Positions 8,221 through 15,375 of a DNA stretch of 32,000 bases are shown piece by piece. The stretch is from Nitrosopumilales archaeon (GTDB lineage Archaea > Thermoproteota > Nitrososphaeria > Nitrososphaerales > Nitrosopumilaceae), in the NCBI GenBank assembly GCA_007280335.1, contig QYQE01000046.1, positions 1 to 32,000 on the forward strand. Direction: 5' to 3'. The position numbers and the translations under genes are program-made. The notes under the pieces were generated by a model. The model did no database searches. It was not told the DNA's origin and worked only from the letters and a program-made list of their open reading frames with translations. Every line of letters begins with the position of its first letter. Position 1 is the stretch's first letter.

Positions 8221-8696
8221 AGATAAAAATTATCATATTTTGTATCATGATACTAGGATTGTTATCTGCACCAGCTTTTGCGGACATTAATCATCCTGGA
8301 ATAAAATGGGAATGGAAAATAAAAGCGGCAAACTACACTTACATTGTTACTACAGTCTCAAACTATGATATGAAAAATGTTATTCTAAATTCAGATAACA
8401 AGGAATTGATTTTTACCGGCAACAGTACTCACACTGATAATATTGCTGAAATAGAAATACCACATAACCTCATTGGGGGTAGTCTTACTGTTACACAAGA
8501 TGGAAAATCGATTTCACCAATTGTAATCAATGGTACTGACAGTTCCACTATAACGCTCAAATTCAATCAGACAGGCACAACTACTACGAATGTTTTGGGA
8601 ACAACATATCTTCCAGAATTTGGGGGAATTACCACACTTGTAATGGTAATCTCAATTGGAATGGTAATATTTACACTAAAAACTCGAAAGTTCTAG
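8217..8696 (+). CDS. Exported protein with PEFG-type C-terminal sorting/anchor signal
   Basis: 159 aa. TTG start overlaps the rpl15e stop (TTGA). Signal peptide 'MKIKIIIFCIMILGLLSAPAFA'. Tripartite C-terminus 'YLPEFGGITTLVMVISIGMVIFTLKTRKF' (motif, TM helix, basic tail). Confidence 0.7.
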   Translation: MKIKIIIFCIMILGLLSAPAFADINHPGIKWEWKIKAANYTYIVTTVSNYDMKNVILNSDNKELIFTGNSTHTDNIAEIEIPHNLIGGSLTVTQDGKSISPIVINGTDSSTITLKFNQTGTTTTNVLGTTYLPEFGGITTLVMVISIGMVIFTLKTRKF

Positions 8697-9445
8697 TAAC
8701 CACTTGCATAGTCTTCCCACATGTTAGAATGTGTTGTAAGCTTGTTCATTTGATAGAATATTCCACCCACAATTCCTGCTTGATAGAATGCATAAAGGTA
8801 GACCTGAGAGTGTGTTGGGTCACCATGGGTAAGTGTTATGGATATCATGGAAAAGAAGATGAATGTTCCAACAAATATGAAGATCTTGCTTAGAAATCCT
8901 TCCATTCCTATAATTCGTTTTGTAGCAGCTGCCATTATTGTAATACTGGATATGATTAGAAATGTTAGACCGCCGTTAACCTGAACAAATTCTGTTGCCC
9001 ATGGAATTAATCCGTCTGTAAAAATTGATTTGTGAACTGGACTAGCTCCTCCATGCAATGCAAAAGATACTGACGTAAAAAGAGCACCCATCATAAACAA
9101 AAACAAAAATAATTTTACAATTGCGCGTTTTATTGGACTCCTTGTTTCAGATGGCTTCATAACCCGGTCTGTCATTCTAAGGCCATAAAGAAAACCTATA
9201 CCAAAAGAAGGTGCAAACATTAAATCAATTAAGATTGGTGACTGCTTAATCGCTCTATCTATATCAGGACCAAGAATCAAATATGAAATTAATGCAGACG
9301 CTGCAGCTCCTACAAAAATACTGATATCAACCCAGCTTCGGTTATGCCTAAGATCGTAGATATCTGGTCCCCATTCGTCCATTAGATTTGTACTTGAAAA
9401 AAGCATTAAAGAAATGAATCCAAATTCTTTTGCCCATTTTATCAA
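8693..9445 (-). CDS. Polytopic membrane protein of unknown function
   Basis: 250 aa with a TTG start and about 6 hydrophobic helices. I recognised no family motif. The sequence contains no Cys. Confidence 0.55.
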   Translation of the reverse strand: MIKWAKEFGFISLMLFSSTNLMDEWGPDIYDLRHNRSWVDISIFVGAAASALISYLILGPDIDRAIKQSPILIDLMFAPSFGIGFLYGLRMTDRVMKPSETRSPIKRAIVKLFLFLFMMGALFTSVSFALHGGASPVHKSIFTDGLIPWATEFVQVNGGLTFLIISSITIMAAATKRIIGMEGFLSKIFIFVGTFIFFSMISITLTHGDPTHSQVYLYAFYQAGIVGGIFYQMNKLTTHSNMWEDYASGY

Positions 9446-9486
9446 CTCTCTTTACCTTTTATTGACTATTGTGCTTAAGTTAACTA

Positions 9487-9708
9487 ATGAAAATTGGGAA
9501 ACCGATATCTGGAATTGGAATAGTTGTTATAATTTTTGGAATAGTGTTTTTTCTTCAAGGGCAATCTCTAGTTGGCCCAAAATCATCATTCATGTATTCA
9601 AATCCCCAATGGGTAATTAACGGACAATGGATTATAATTTTAGGAATAATTATTTTTGTAGCGGGATTGTTAATATTGAGAATTAATTCACAATTCCCAA
9701 AGTCATAG
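9487..9708 (+). CDS. Small two-TM membrane protein, unknown function
   Basis: 73 aa with two hydrophobic helices ('ISGIGIVVIIFGIVFFL', 'WIIILGIIIFVAGLLIL'). A T/A-rich box 'cttttatt' lies ~25-30 bp upstream. The 3' end overlaps the convergent gene by 26 bp. Confidence 0.45.
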   Translation: MKIGKPISGIGIVVIIFGIVFFLQGQSLVGPKSSFMYSNPQWVINGQWIIILGIIIFVAGLLILRINSQFPKS

Positions 9709-9913
9709 TTGATCTTACTTTGTCTAGTTTACGAATTTTTTTTGTTATTATGCTATCCATCTGTGCTTCGGTTTCAGTTTCTACTTCTACGACTATGTCA
9801 TAATCTCCATATACAATTCTCGCATCTTTGACTCTGTCCATTTTTGAAAGCTTAGACACAATATCATTTTCAGCTCCAAGTTCACAGCCTATGAGGACAT
9901 ATGCTTTTTCCAT
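9683..9913 (-). CDS. Stand-alone Lrp/AsnC ligand-binding (RAM) domain protein, no HTH
   Basis: 76 aa. 'AYVLIGCELGAENDIVSKLSKMDRVKDARIVYGDYDIVVEVETE' matches the beta-alpha-beta-beta-alpha-beta RAM-domain pattern of AsnC-family C-termini. Confidence 0.6.
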   Translation of the reverse strand: MEKAYVLIGCELGAENDIVSKLSKMDRVKDARIVYGDYDIVVEVETETEAQMDSIITKKIRKLDKVRSTMTLGIVN

Positions 9914-10074
9914 AATATTCTACTAGAGTACGATCTTAAATCTTTATTCTGTTTATTTTCTGTCCGTCTTAGTTGTAGGATATTTTAGGTTATATACATA
10001 TTTCAGGTACTTGATAGCAGTAAGCTTTGTGTAGAATATGATGAATATGTCTCGAGCATGGCAATTGTGAAAGT

Positions 10075-11274
10075 TTAGAAACCTGCAGCAATAGGATCTG
10101 ACGGTTTCATTATCTCACGTAATAGAATAGTTGCATATGATCCCCGAGATAACGTAAAACTTACAAATGGCTCCGTTATGGAAAAACTTTCACATTTTAT
10201 TGTTGCTTGTCTGAATCCGCCTTCATCACTTACTTCTTGCATTTCTTTTGAAAAGAAATTTCTTGCATGAATTTGTTCTTTTTCTAAAACTTTGGAAATT
10301 TGATAGTCAAATCTATTTTTTTTAGAATAAGAATATCCTACTAGGGGTATTGCTAGTCTTTGGTCTGGATCATTTTGGTATCTTCCAAGATTATTTTTCT
10401 TATCAAAACAAACGTCTCCTTCTTTTGGTAAAAATAATTCTTCACCTTGCTCAAAAGCTTGACTCACAGCACAATTGAATACGTAAGACTGAAAGGCTTG
10501 AACAAAAAATCTTCTCAGGGAAAGAGGAATTGCTCTTATGGCTTTGATGGCATCTCCATGTTGCACCATTTCATCGAGCACCATGCTTTCAATATCCATT
10601 TGATGAGGGATTTCTTGCAAAGCTTTTGAATAATTTGACTTGTCTTCAAGCATTTTTCTTATTTTATTATTTTCCACTGAATCATATTCTGAGCTAAAAG
10701 AAAGAAGCAGATGAACTGCTAGTTCAAAATCATTTTGTAAAATGGCTTTTCCTATGAGATGAGAGACTGGTCTTTTACTGCCAAATCTTTGATATCCAAA
10801 AAAGTTTAGAATTTTCTCACATTCCTTAAAATTGTCAATTTTTGTAAAATCGGCATCTTGGATTTTTATCTTAAAATGATTTCCAATCATGTCTTTTTTT
10901 GTAAGTGGTTTTGCAACAAACCCTATTCGTATAAGTTCATATCTGTTGGTGGAGAATTTCTCAGGTGATTTCGAGGTATTTGTATCACACACAAATTGTT
11001 CGGTTATAGCACTGGCGTCCTTGAGTCCTAATGCCTTTAATCTTAAACCATGAATTTTAAAAATTTCAGAAAGGGCGTGATTTGTATCAATTCCGTGTTT
11101 TTTTAACTTGTATACTGCATAACTTCCCATCTGGGAGATTTTAGATAATGTTCTCTGATCTAAAATTTCAGATACAAAAAAATCATCTTGATTTGATCGT
11201 ATCTTTCCGCCAATGCCTTCAAAGTTTGTACTGTATACAAAGATCCCTATGCTGTGATCAATCTTTGGAATCAC
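10075..11274 (-). CDS. truD: tRNA pseudouridine synthase D (TruD/Pus7 family)
   Basis: 399 aa with a GTG start. 'GIGGKIRSNQDDFFVSEI', catalytic-Asp motif 'LGLKDASAITEQ', and 'FGYQRFG'. Confidence 0.85.
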   Translation of the reverse strand: MIPKIDHSIGIFVYSTNFEGIGGKIRSNQDDFFVSEILDQRTLSKISQMGSYAVYKLKKHGIDTNHALSEIFKIHGLRLKALGLKDASAITEQFVCDTNTSKSPEKFSTNRYELIRIGFVAKPLTKKDMIGNHFKIKIQDADFTKIDNFKECEKILNFFGYQRFGSKRPVSHLIGKAILQNDFELAVHLLLSFSSEYDSVENNKIRKMLEDKSNYSKALQEIPHQMDIESMVLDEMVQHGDAIKAIRAIPLSLRRFFVQAFQSYVFNCAVSQAFEQGEELFLPKEGDVCFDKKNNLGRYQNDPDQRLAIPLVGYSYSKKNRFDYQISKVLEKEQIHARNFFSKEMQEVSDEGGFRQATIKCESFSITEPFVSFTLSRGSYATILLREIMKPSDPIAAGF

Positions 11275-11277
11275 TTC

Positions 11278-12837
11278 TTATTTTATGGTGACTGTCACAT
11301 ACTTTGATATTGTAACTTCATGATATCTTGCGCCAATTAGAACTTTGTATGTTCCTGTAAGTGCAAAATTATCTGCAGAAATATTTATTGAAATAGTCTT
11401 TGGCTGATTTGTCATGGTGACTTGATGATTACCAGAAACAATAATATCGTTAGTATTTGCAGTATTTGACGTAACTAAAGTAACAGGATCAACGATTTGT
11501 TCATTTGGGATTATTGTAAATGATATAGTTGAATTATCACCTCTGTGACTGATAATATCAGTTGGAGTTACACTTACATCCATTGCAAGTGATGCATTTG
11601 GATCAAGAACGCCAATGTTATTTTCAACCCACTCTGTAAACCACACTTTATCATCACTTGTTGTAAAATCAAGCACTTGAGCTACTCCACAATCATGCAT
11701 GTATCCACAGTCAGACCAGTTTGGATTTTTAGAAGGAACGAGATATTCTACAAGAGAACCTTTTACAGGATCAAAAACACCTATACTGTTTGCCACCTGT
11801 TCATTAAACCACATTCTGCCTTTGTCATCGATCTGACTCCAATATAGTCTTGAAATCGGTGTCTTGATCAATCCTGACGCATTACCATATGTAGACTCTG
11901 GAGGCATTGAAGTGATAAATTTTGTAAATTGTTGTGATTGTTGATCAAAACTAAAAAAGATACTACTTGCGGTATCGGTAATCCATATTTTACCATCTTT
12001 TTCTACTGATATTCCATTTGGAGCTAAAATTCCTAGAGGAAGAATAAATTGAGTTTTGTTGCCTGTTTGGGGATCGTATCTTACCAGATTTCCTCCTTGT
12101 TGATATGTCCAAACCGTATACCAGATTTTTCCATTAGAATCAACTGTCATATCGCTAGTAAAATTATAGTTTCCAGGAGAATGTATTGTTGAATAATCTA
12201 TGGTAGAACCAACCTGATCTACATTAAAAGATGTTATTTTTCTTCCTACAAAATCATTTATTAAAATTTCTTTACCGTTTATGACAATCATTTGAGGAAA
12301 TGATTCGCTTTGACCAGGTGTTGTTGGATAATTGAAATTAGCGTATTTTTTATCAGTAGGAGAGAATTTCCAAATTAGATTGTGTCCAGAATCTGTATAC
12401 CATATGTTTCCATCAGGTGCATGACCAATTCCCCACATCATTGATTTTTCATGTGATTGCCATAATGGATTTGCATATTCTGTAAAGTTTTTAGTGGAAG
12501 GATCAAACTTGGCAATATTTCCTGTATTTGATTCGGTAAACCAGACATTTCCATCGGAGTCTGTTGTTATGCCTAATGGCTGTGTACATGCAGTAGGGAT
12601 CTTGAATTCTGTTATGTATTTGTTAGATTTTGCATCACTAGTTTCACAAAATATTGGACGGTCTTTGTCTTTGTAATTGTCTGCAGGCGTGTGCGTTATT
12701 GTAGTATCAGTGGTTTGAGCTGTATTTTTTGGATTACCAAAACCGCCAAATAACGCCACGGTTGAACTTCCTACCATTATTGCTCCAAACGCGACAGCCA
12801 TTATAATCATTAGAATTTTTTTGTTTTTCTTCTTCAC
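11278..12837 (-). CDS. Exported/anchored beta-propeller repeat protein (streptogramin-lyase/Vgb-like repeats) with C-terminal Ig-like domain
   Basis: 519 aa. N-terminal 'KKKNKKILMIIMAVAFGAIMVGSS'. At least six blades are marked by 'GNVWFTE', 'GNIWYTD', 'GKIWYTV', 'GKIWITD', 'GRMWFNE' and 'DKVWFTE'. The last ~100 aa are beta-rich. Confidence 0.7.
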   Translation of the reverse strand: MKKKNKKILMIIMAVAFGAIMVGSSTVALFGGFGNPKNTAQTTDTTITHTPADNYKDKDRPIFCETSDAKSNKYITEFKIPTACTQPLGITTDSDGNVWFTESNTGNIAKFDPSTKNFTEYANPLWQSHEKSMMWGIGHAPDGNIWYTDSGHNLIWKFSPTDKKYANFNYPTTPGQSESFPQMIVINGKEILINDFVGRKITSFNVDQVGSTIDYSTIHSPGNYNFTSDMTVDSNGKIWYTVWTYQQGGNLVRYDPQTGNKTQFILPLGILAPNGISVEKDGKIWITDTASSIFFSFDQQSQQFTKFITSMPPESTYGNASGLIKTPISRLYWSQIDDKGRMWFNEQVANSIGVFDPVKGSLVEYLVPSKNPNWSDCGYMHDCGVAQVLDFTTSDDKVWFTEWVENNIGVLDPNASLAMDVSVTPTDIISHRGDNSTISFTIIPNEQIVDPVTLVTSNTANTNDIIVSGNHQVTMTNQPKTISINISADNFALTGTYKVLIGARYHEVTISKYVTVTIK

Positions 12838-12879
12838 AAAAGACGAACAAATATTCCTTGTTATATCTTATTCTAAGAA

Positions 12880-13425
12880 TTACCTTTTCTTTATAGCGAG
12901 GGTTTTTTGTACCTCGTTCATACTACTGATGAATTTCTGCTTTGCTTCATATTCATCTGATACTTTGACGACAATTTCAGATGACGAAAACATGACATCC
13001 TTGACTAAGATTGGAGCGCTTAGTCCTAGCAGCTCGCTCAATATATCAAATATGTTGTTAAACTTGGTTCCGTTCTTGTACCTGAAGATTGTATTACCTT
13101 CGGATAATTTTGGGGGTAATTCTAACGGGATCACCAACTCTGAAGAAATAACCTCTGTAACAAAAGTATTGGTGTCATTTTTTATCATCTCACCTAATTT
13201 TTCTTTTTCAGACACAAGCTCATTTTTTATCTTTTCAAGTTCGCCTAATTCATCATGATATTGTTCTCCTACCATCTTTGCAAAGGTAGATTCGGTGACA
13301 CTCTTTAGTGGTACTTCGTGGATTCTAAAATTAACTCTGGCAAGCTCAGCTTCTACATTGGTTAATTGTTGTCTGTTGGATTTTATCCTCCCAGCTACCT
13401 CTTCAAGATACTGAAAATCAACCAT
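12880..13425 (-). CDS. Uncharacterised 181-aa protein tightly linked to the tubulin-like gene; N-terminal coiled-coil/helical hairpin, mixed C-terminal half
   Basis: ATG lies 10 bp downstream of the tubulin-like stop. Heptad-like charged helices 'LEEVAGRIKSNRQQLTNVEAELARVNFRI' and 'HDELGELEKIKNELVSEKEKLGEMIKN'. I recognised no family motif. Confidence 0.6.
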   Translation of the reverse strand: MVDFQYLEEVAGRIKSNRQQLTNVEAELARVNFRIHEVPLKSVTESTFAKMVGEQYHDELGELEKIKNELVSEKEKLGEMIKNDTNTFVTEVISSELVIPLELPPKLSEGNTIFRYKNGTKFNNIFDILSELLGLSAPILVKDVMFSSSEIVVKVSDEYEAKQKFISSMNEVQKTLAIKKR

Positions 13426-13435
13426 CTTTCAATAC

Positions 13436-14824
13436 CTAACTAAACTGATGAACTACGTCCATCAGACTCTGCTTGAATTCTTCTGTAGTCAAACCCCATC
13501 TGCCATATTCCTCCTTGTAAGCATCCCATGAGACTTCTGCTTCACTAGCAATTTCAAGTATTTTTGGTCCTATTGCCTTTGTGTTGACTAGAATTGTGAT
13601 GTTTGCCTGTTCACTTTCAAGTATTGGTATCTTGACAAAAATCATTCTAGAGTCTTCAATGTTAAATCTGTCTTTGATGATTGCCTTGAGAGCATCTCTT
13701 TCTTTTACATCAAATTCTCCGCTAACTTTGACTAGTGCACAACAAGAGTCCTTTGGACCGCCCTTGTCTCGAACATCATTTTCATCAATATCAAACAAAA
13801 GTGCATCTTCTTTTTTATGAATGTGCTCAACAATTCTTTCCATGGTGTTACTTTTTCCTTTTGACATTAGATCTGTGCTCCATATTTTTTCCTCAGATAT
13901 GATTGGGATGACCCATGGGATGGCAAATTTTGGACGTTTTGTTGCAAGCCATGTTCTATAGTTTGACATGTCCCACTCTGTTTCTCTTGCAAATGATGAA
14001 ACAAACATCGAAATGGCACTTGCTGCAATCAGATTCATACCGCGATAATCCTTCCAACCTATTTCTTGTTCTTTTGGAAGATCATCAATTATTGATGGAA
14101 TCTTGTCCAACTTTTTTTCAAATTTATGAGCTAACAGTCTTAGAGTTTTATTTGAAAAGATAATTGAACAATCACTATATTTTATCTGATATTCTAAATT
14201 CATTACGATGTTTATTGCAGCGGCTTCAAAAATTATAGGATCCCAGCCAAACTCTGGTAAAAGCCCCAATGTTGCAATGGTTGCATGTTCCTTAGTGTCT
14301 TTTTTTATGTATTGAATAAATGCACTTGCAAAAGAACTACCAGTTCCACCTCCCATTGCAAACGGTACACAGAATCCCCTTACTGGTTCTGGTGAAAGAG
14401 CTGCAATTTGTTTTTGCATATCGAATTTGGAGCTTACCTCTTTTATGAAACGCGTTCTGCCCTCTGCCCAATTTCTTGCTGCTCCACCTGAACCATGAAT
14501 GACATGTTTGTCCCTTAAAGCAAAAAGATCAGGATATGATTGTAAAATGAGATTGGCAGCTCTTGGATCCAAGTCGATTAGTAATGCTCTTGGGATAAGT
14601 GGTATCTCACCACTTCCATATGATGGTGGAAATCTTAGAATGGTACTGCCATACCTTTTGAGTACTCTTGATTCTTCTTTTTCGCCTTTAAGTGTAGGTT
14701 TGAGCGGGTTTGCCCCCACATCAAGCAGTAATCTTCTGTATGCCTCTGCACCTAATCCTATGCCACAATGACCAAAACATGTCATTAGCACCGGGGCTGG
14801 TGGTAGTGGATCAAACTTGGACAA
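13436..14824 (-). CDS. Tubulin-like GTPase (artubulin-type archaeal tubulin homologue)
   Basis: 462 aa with a TTG start preceded by SD-like GGTGA. Tubulin-style motifs occur in order: 'CFGHCGIGLG' (GQCGNQIG), 'IPRALLIDLDP' (VPRAxLVDLEP), 'HGSGGAARNWAEG' (GxSGAGNNWAKG), 'AMGGGTGSS' (GGGTGSG) and 'YRGMNLIAASAISMFVSSFAR' ([21 protein letters not shown]). Confidence 0.85.
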   Translation of the reverse strand: MSKFDPLPPAPVLMTCFGHCGIGLGAEAYRRLLLDVGANPLKPTLKGEKEESRVLKRYGSTILRFPPSYGSGEIPLIPRALLIDLDPRAANLILQSYPDLFALRDKHVIHGSGGAARNWAEGRTRFIKEVSSKFDMQKQIAALSPEPVRGFCVPFAMGGGTGSSFASAFIQYIKKDTKEHATIATLGLLPEFGWDPIIFEAAAINIVMNLEYQIKYSDCSIIFSNKTLRLLAHKFEKKLDKIPSIIDDLPKEQEIGWKDYRGMNLIAASAISMFVSSFARETEWDMSNYRTWLATKRPKFAIPWVIPIISEEKIWSTDLMSKGKSNTMERIVEHIHKKEDALLFDIDENDVRDKGGPKDSCCALVKVSGEFDVKERDALKAIIKDRFNIEDSRMIFVKIPILESEQANITILVNTKAIGPKILEIASEAEVSWDAYKEEYGRWGLTTEEFKQSLMDVVHQFS

Positions 14825-15006
14825 TATTACTCACCATTATACAGAATCATTTGTCTCTTTAACCAACAAGTGCAAGAATGTAAAGTGTCAACTTGACTGT
14901 TATAGACATTAAACTGTGATAATAGCAATATTTGTCAGCCTATGACAGTCTTGGTGTGATTACATTTAAGATTTAAGGAGAAAAGATTCATCTAAAACAA
15001 AATTCA

Positions 15007-15375
15007 TTAGGTTTCTTTTAGTACTTTCTTTAACTCTTGGAATTCTTCAATGGTGATCTCTCCAGCGGCAAGTCGATTTTTTAGAATTTTAATAGCACTG
15101 CTTCCTTTTGATTGAACTTTTTCTGATTTTTTACTTGTTTCTGATTTTTTATTTTGTCCTTTGGTGTTTTTTGATTTGATTTCTTTTTCAGACTTGGTTT
15201 GTTCTTGTTCCTCTAGAGTTTTAATTAGACTTTCTACATATTTGTAATCTGACAAGTATAGGGGTGTTCCATGTTTTAGTACATTGAAAATCTCATGTAG
15301 TCTATTACTGTCTCCTTTCCCAGAATCAATTAGTTTTTGAACTGTTTTTATTAAATTATCAGACAATTTTTTCAC
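15007..15375 (-). CDS. Small protein: conserved N-terminal 'LIDxGxGDxxRLH' domain, K/E/S-rich linker, C-terminal SHOCT-like helix
   Basis: 122 aa. The GTG start directly abuts the TPR gene stop. C-terminal 'LKNRLAAGEITIEEFQELKKVL' fits the SHOCT pattern. The N-terminus is paralogous to that of ORF 23134..23913. Confidence 0.6.
   Translation of the reverse strand: MKKLSDNLIKTVQKLIDSGKGDSNRLHEIFNVLKHGTPLYLSDYKYVESLIKTLEEQEQTKSEKEIKSKNTKGQNKKSETSKKSEKVQSKGSSAIKILKNRLAAGEITIEEFQELKKVLKET

Noticed and set aside
8693-9445. Possible archaeosortase next to the PEFG-CTERM protein gene
   Set aside because: The 250-aa polytopic membrane protein is adjacent and convergent to a PEFG protein gene. However, its sequence contains no cysteine, whereas archaeosortase/exosortase enzymes need a catalytic Cys (with Arg/His). 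It is not a credible sortase.
10038-10101. Possible C/D-box sRNA (ATGATGA ... CTGA)
   Set aside because: A box C-like ATGATGA (10038..10044) and a CTGA (10098..10101) are ~60 nt apart. The internal D' and C' boxes are absent at the required ~12-nt guide spacing, there is no terminal stem, and the 3' part lies within the TruD coding region.
12821-13258. 145-aa plus-strand ORF overlapping the tubulin partner gene
   Set aside because: Its S/F/N-rich composition is what a K/E-rich coiled-coil coding sequence gives on the opposite strand. It would also start inside the beta-propeller gene's 5' end. The minus-strand ORF has normal composition and operon context.
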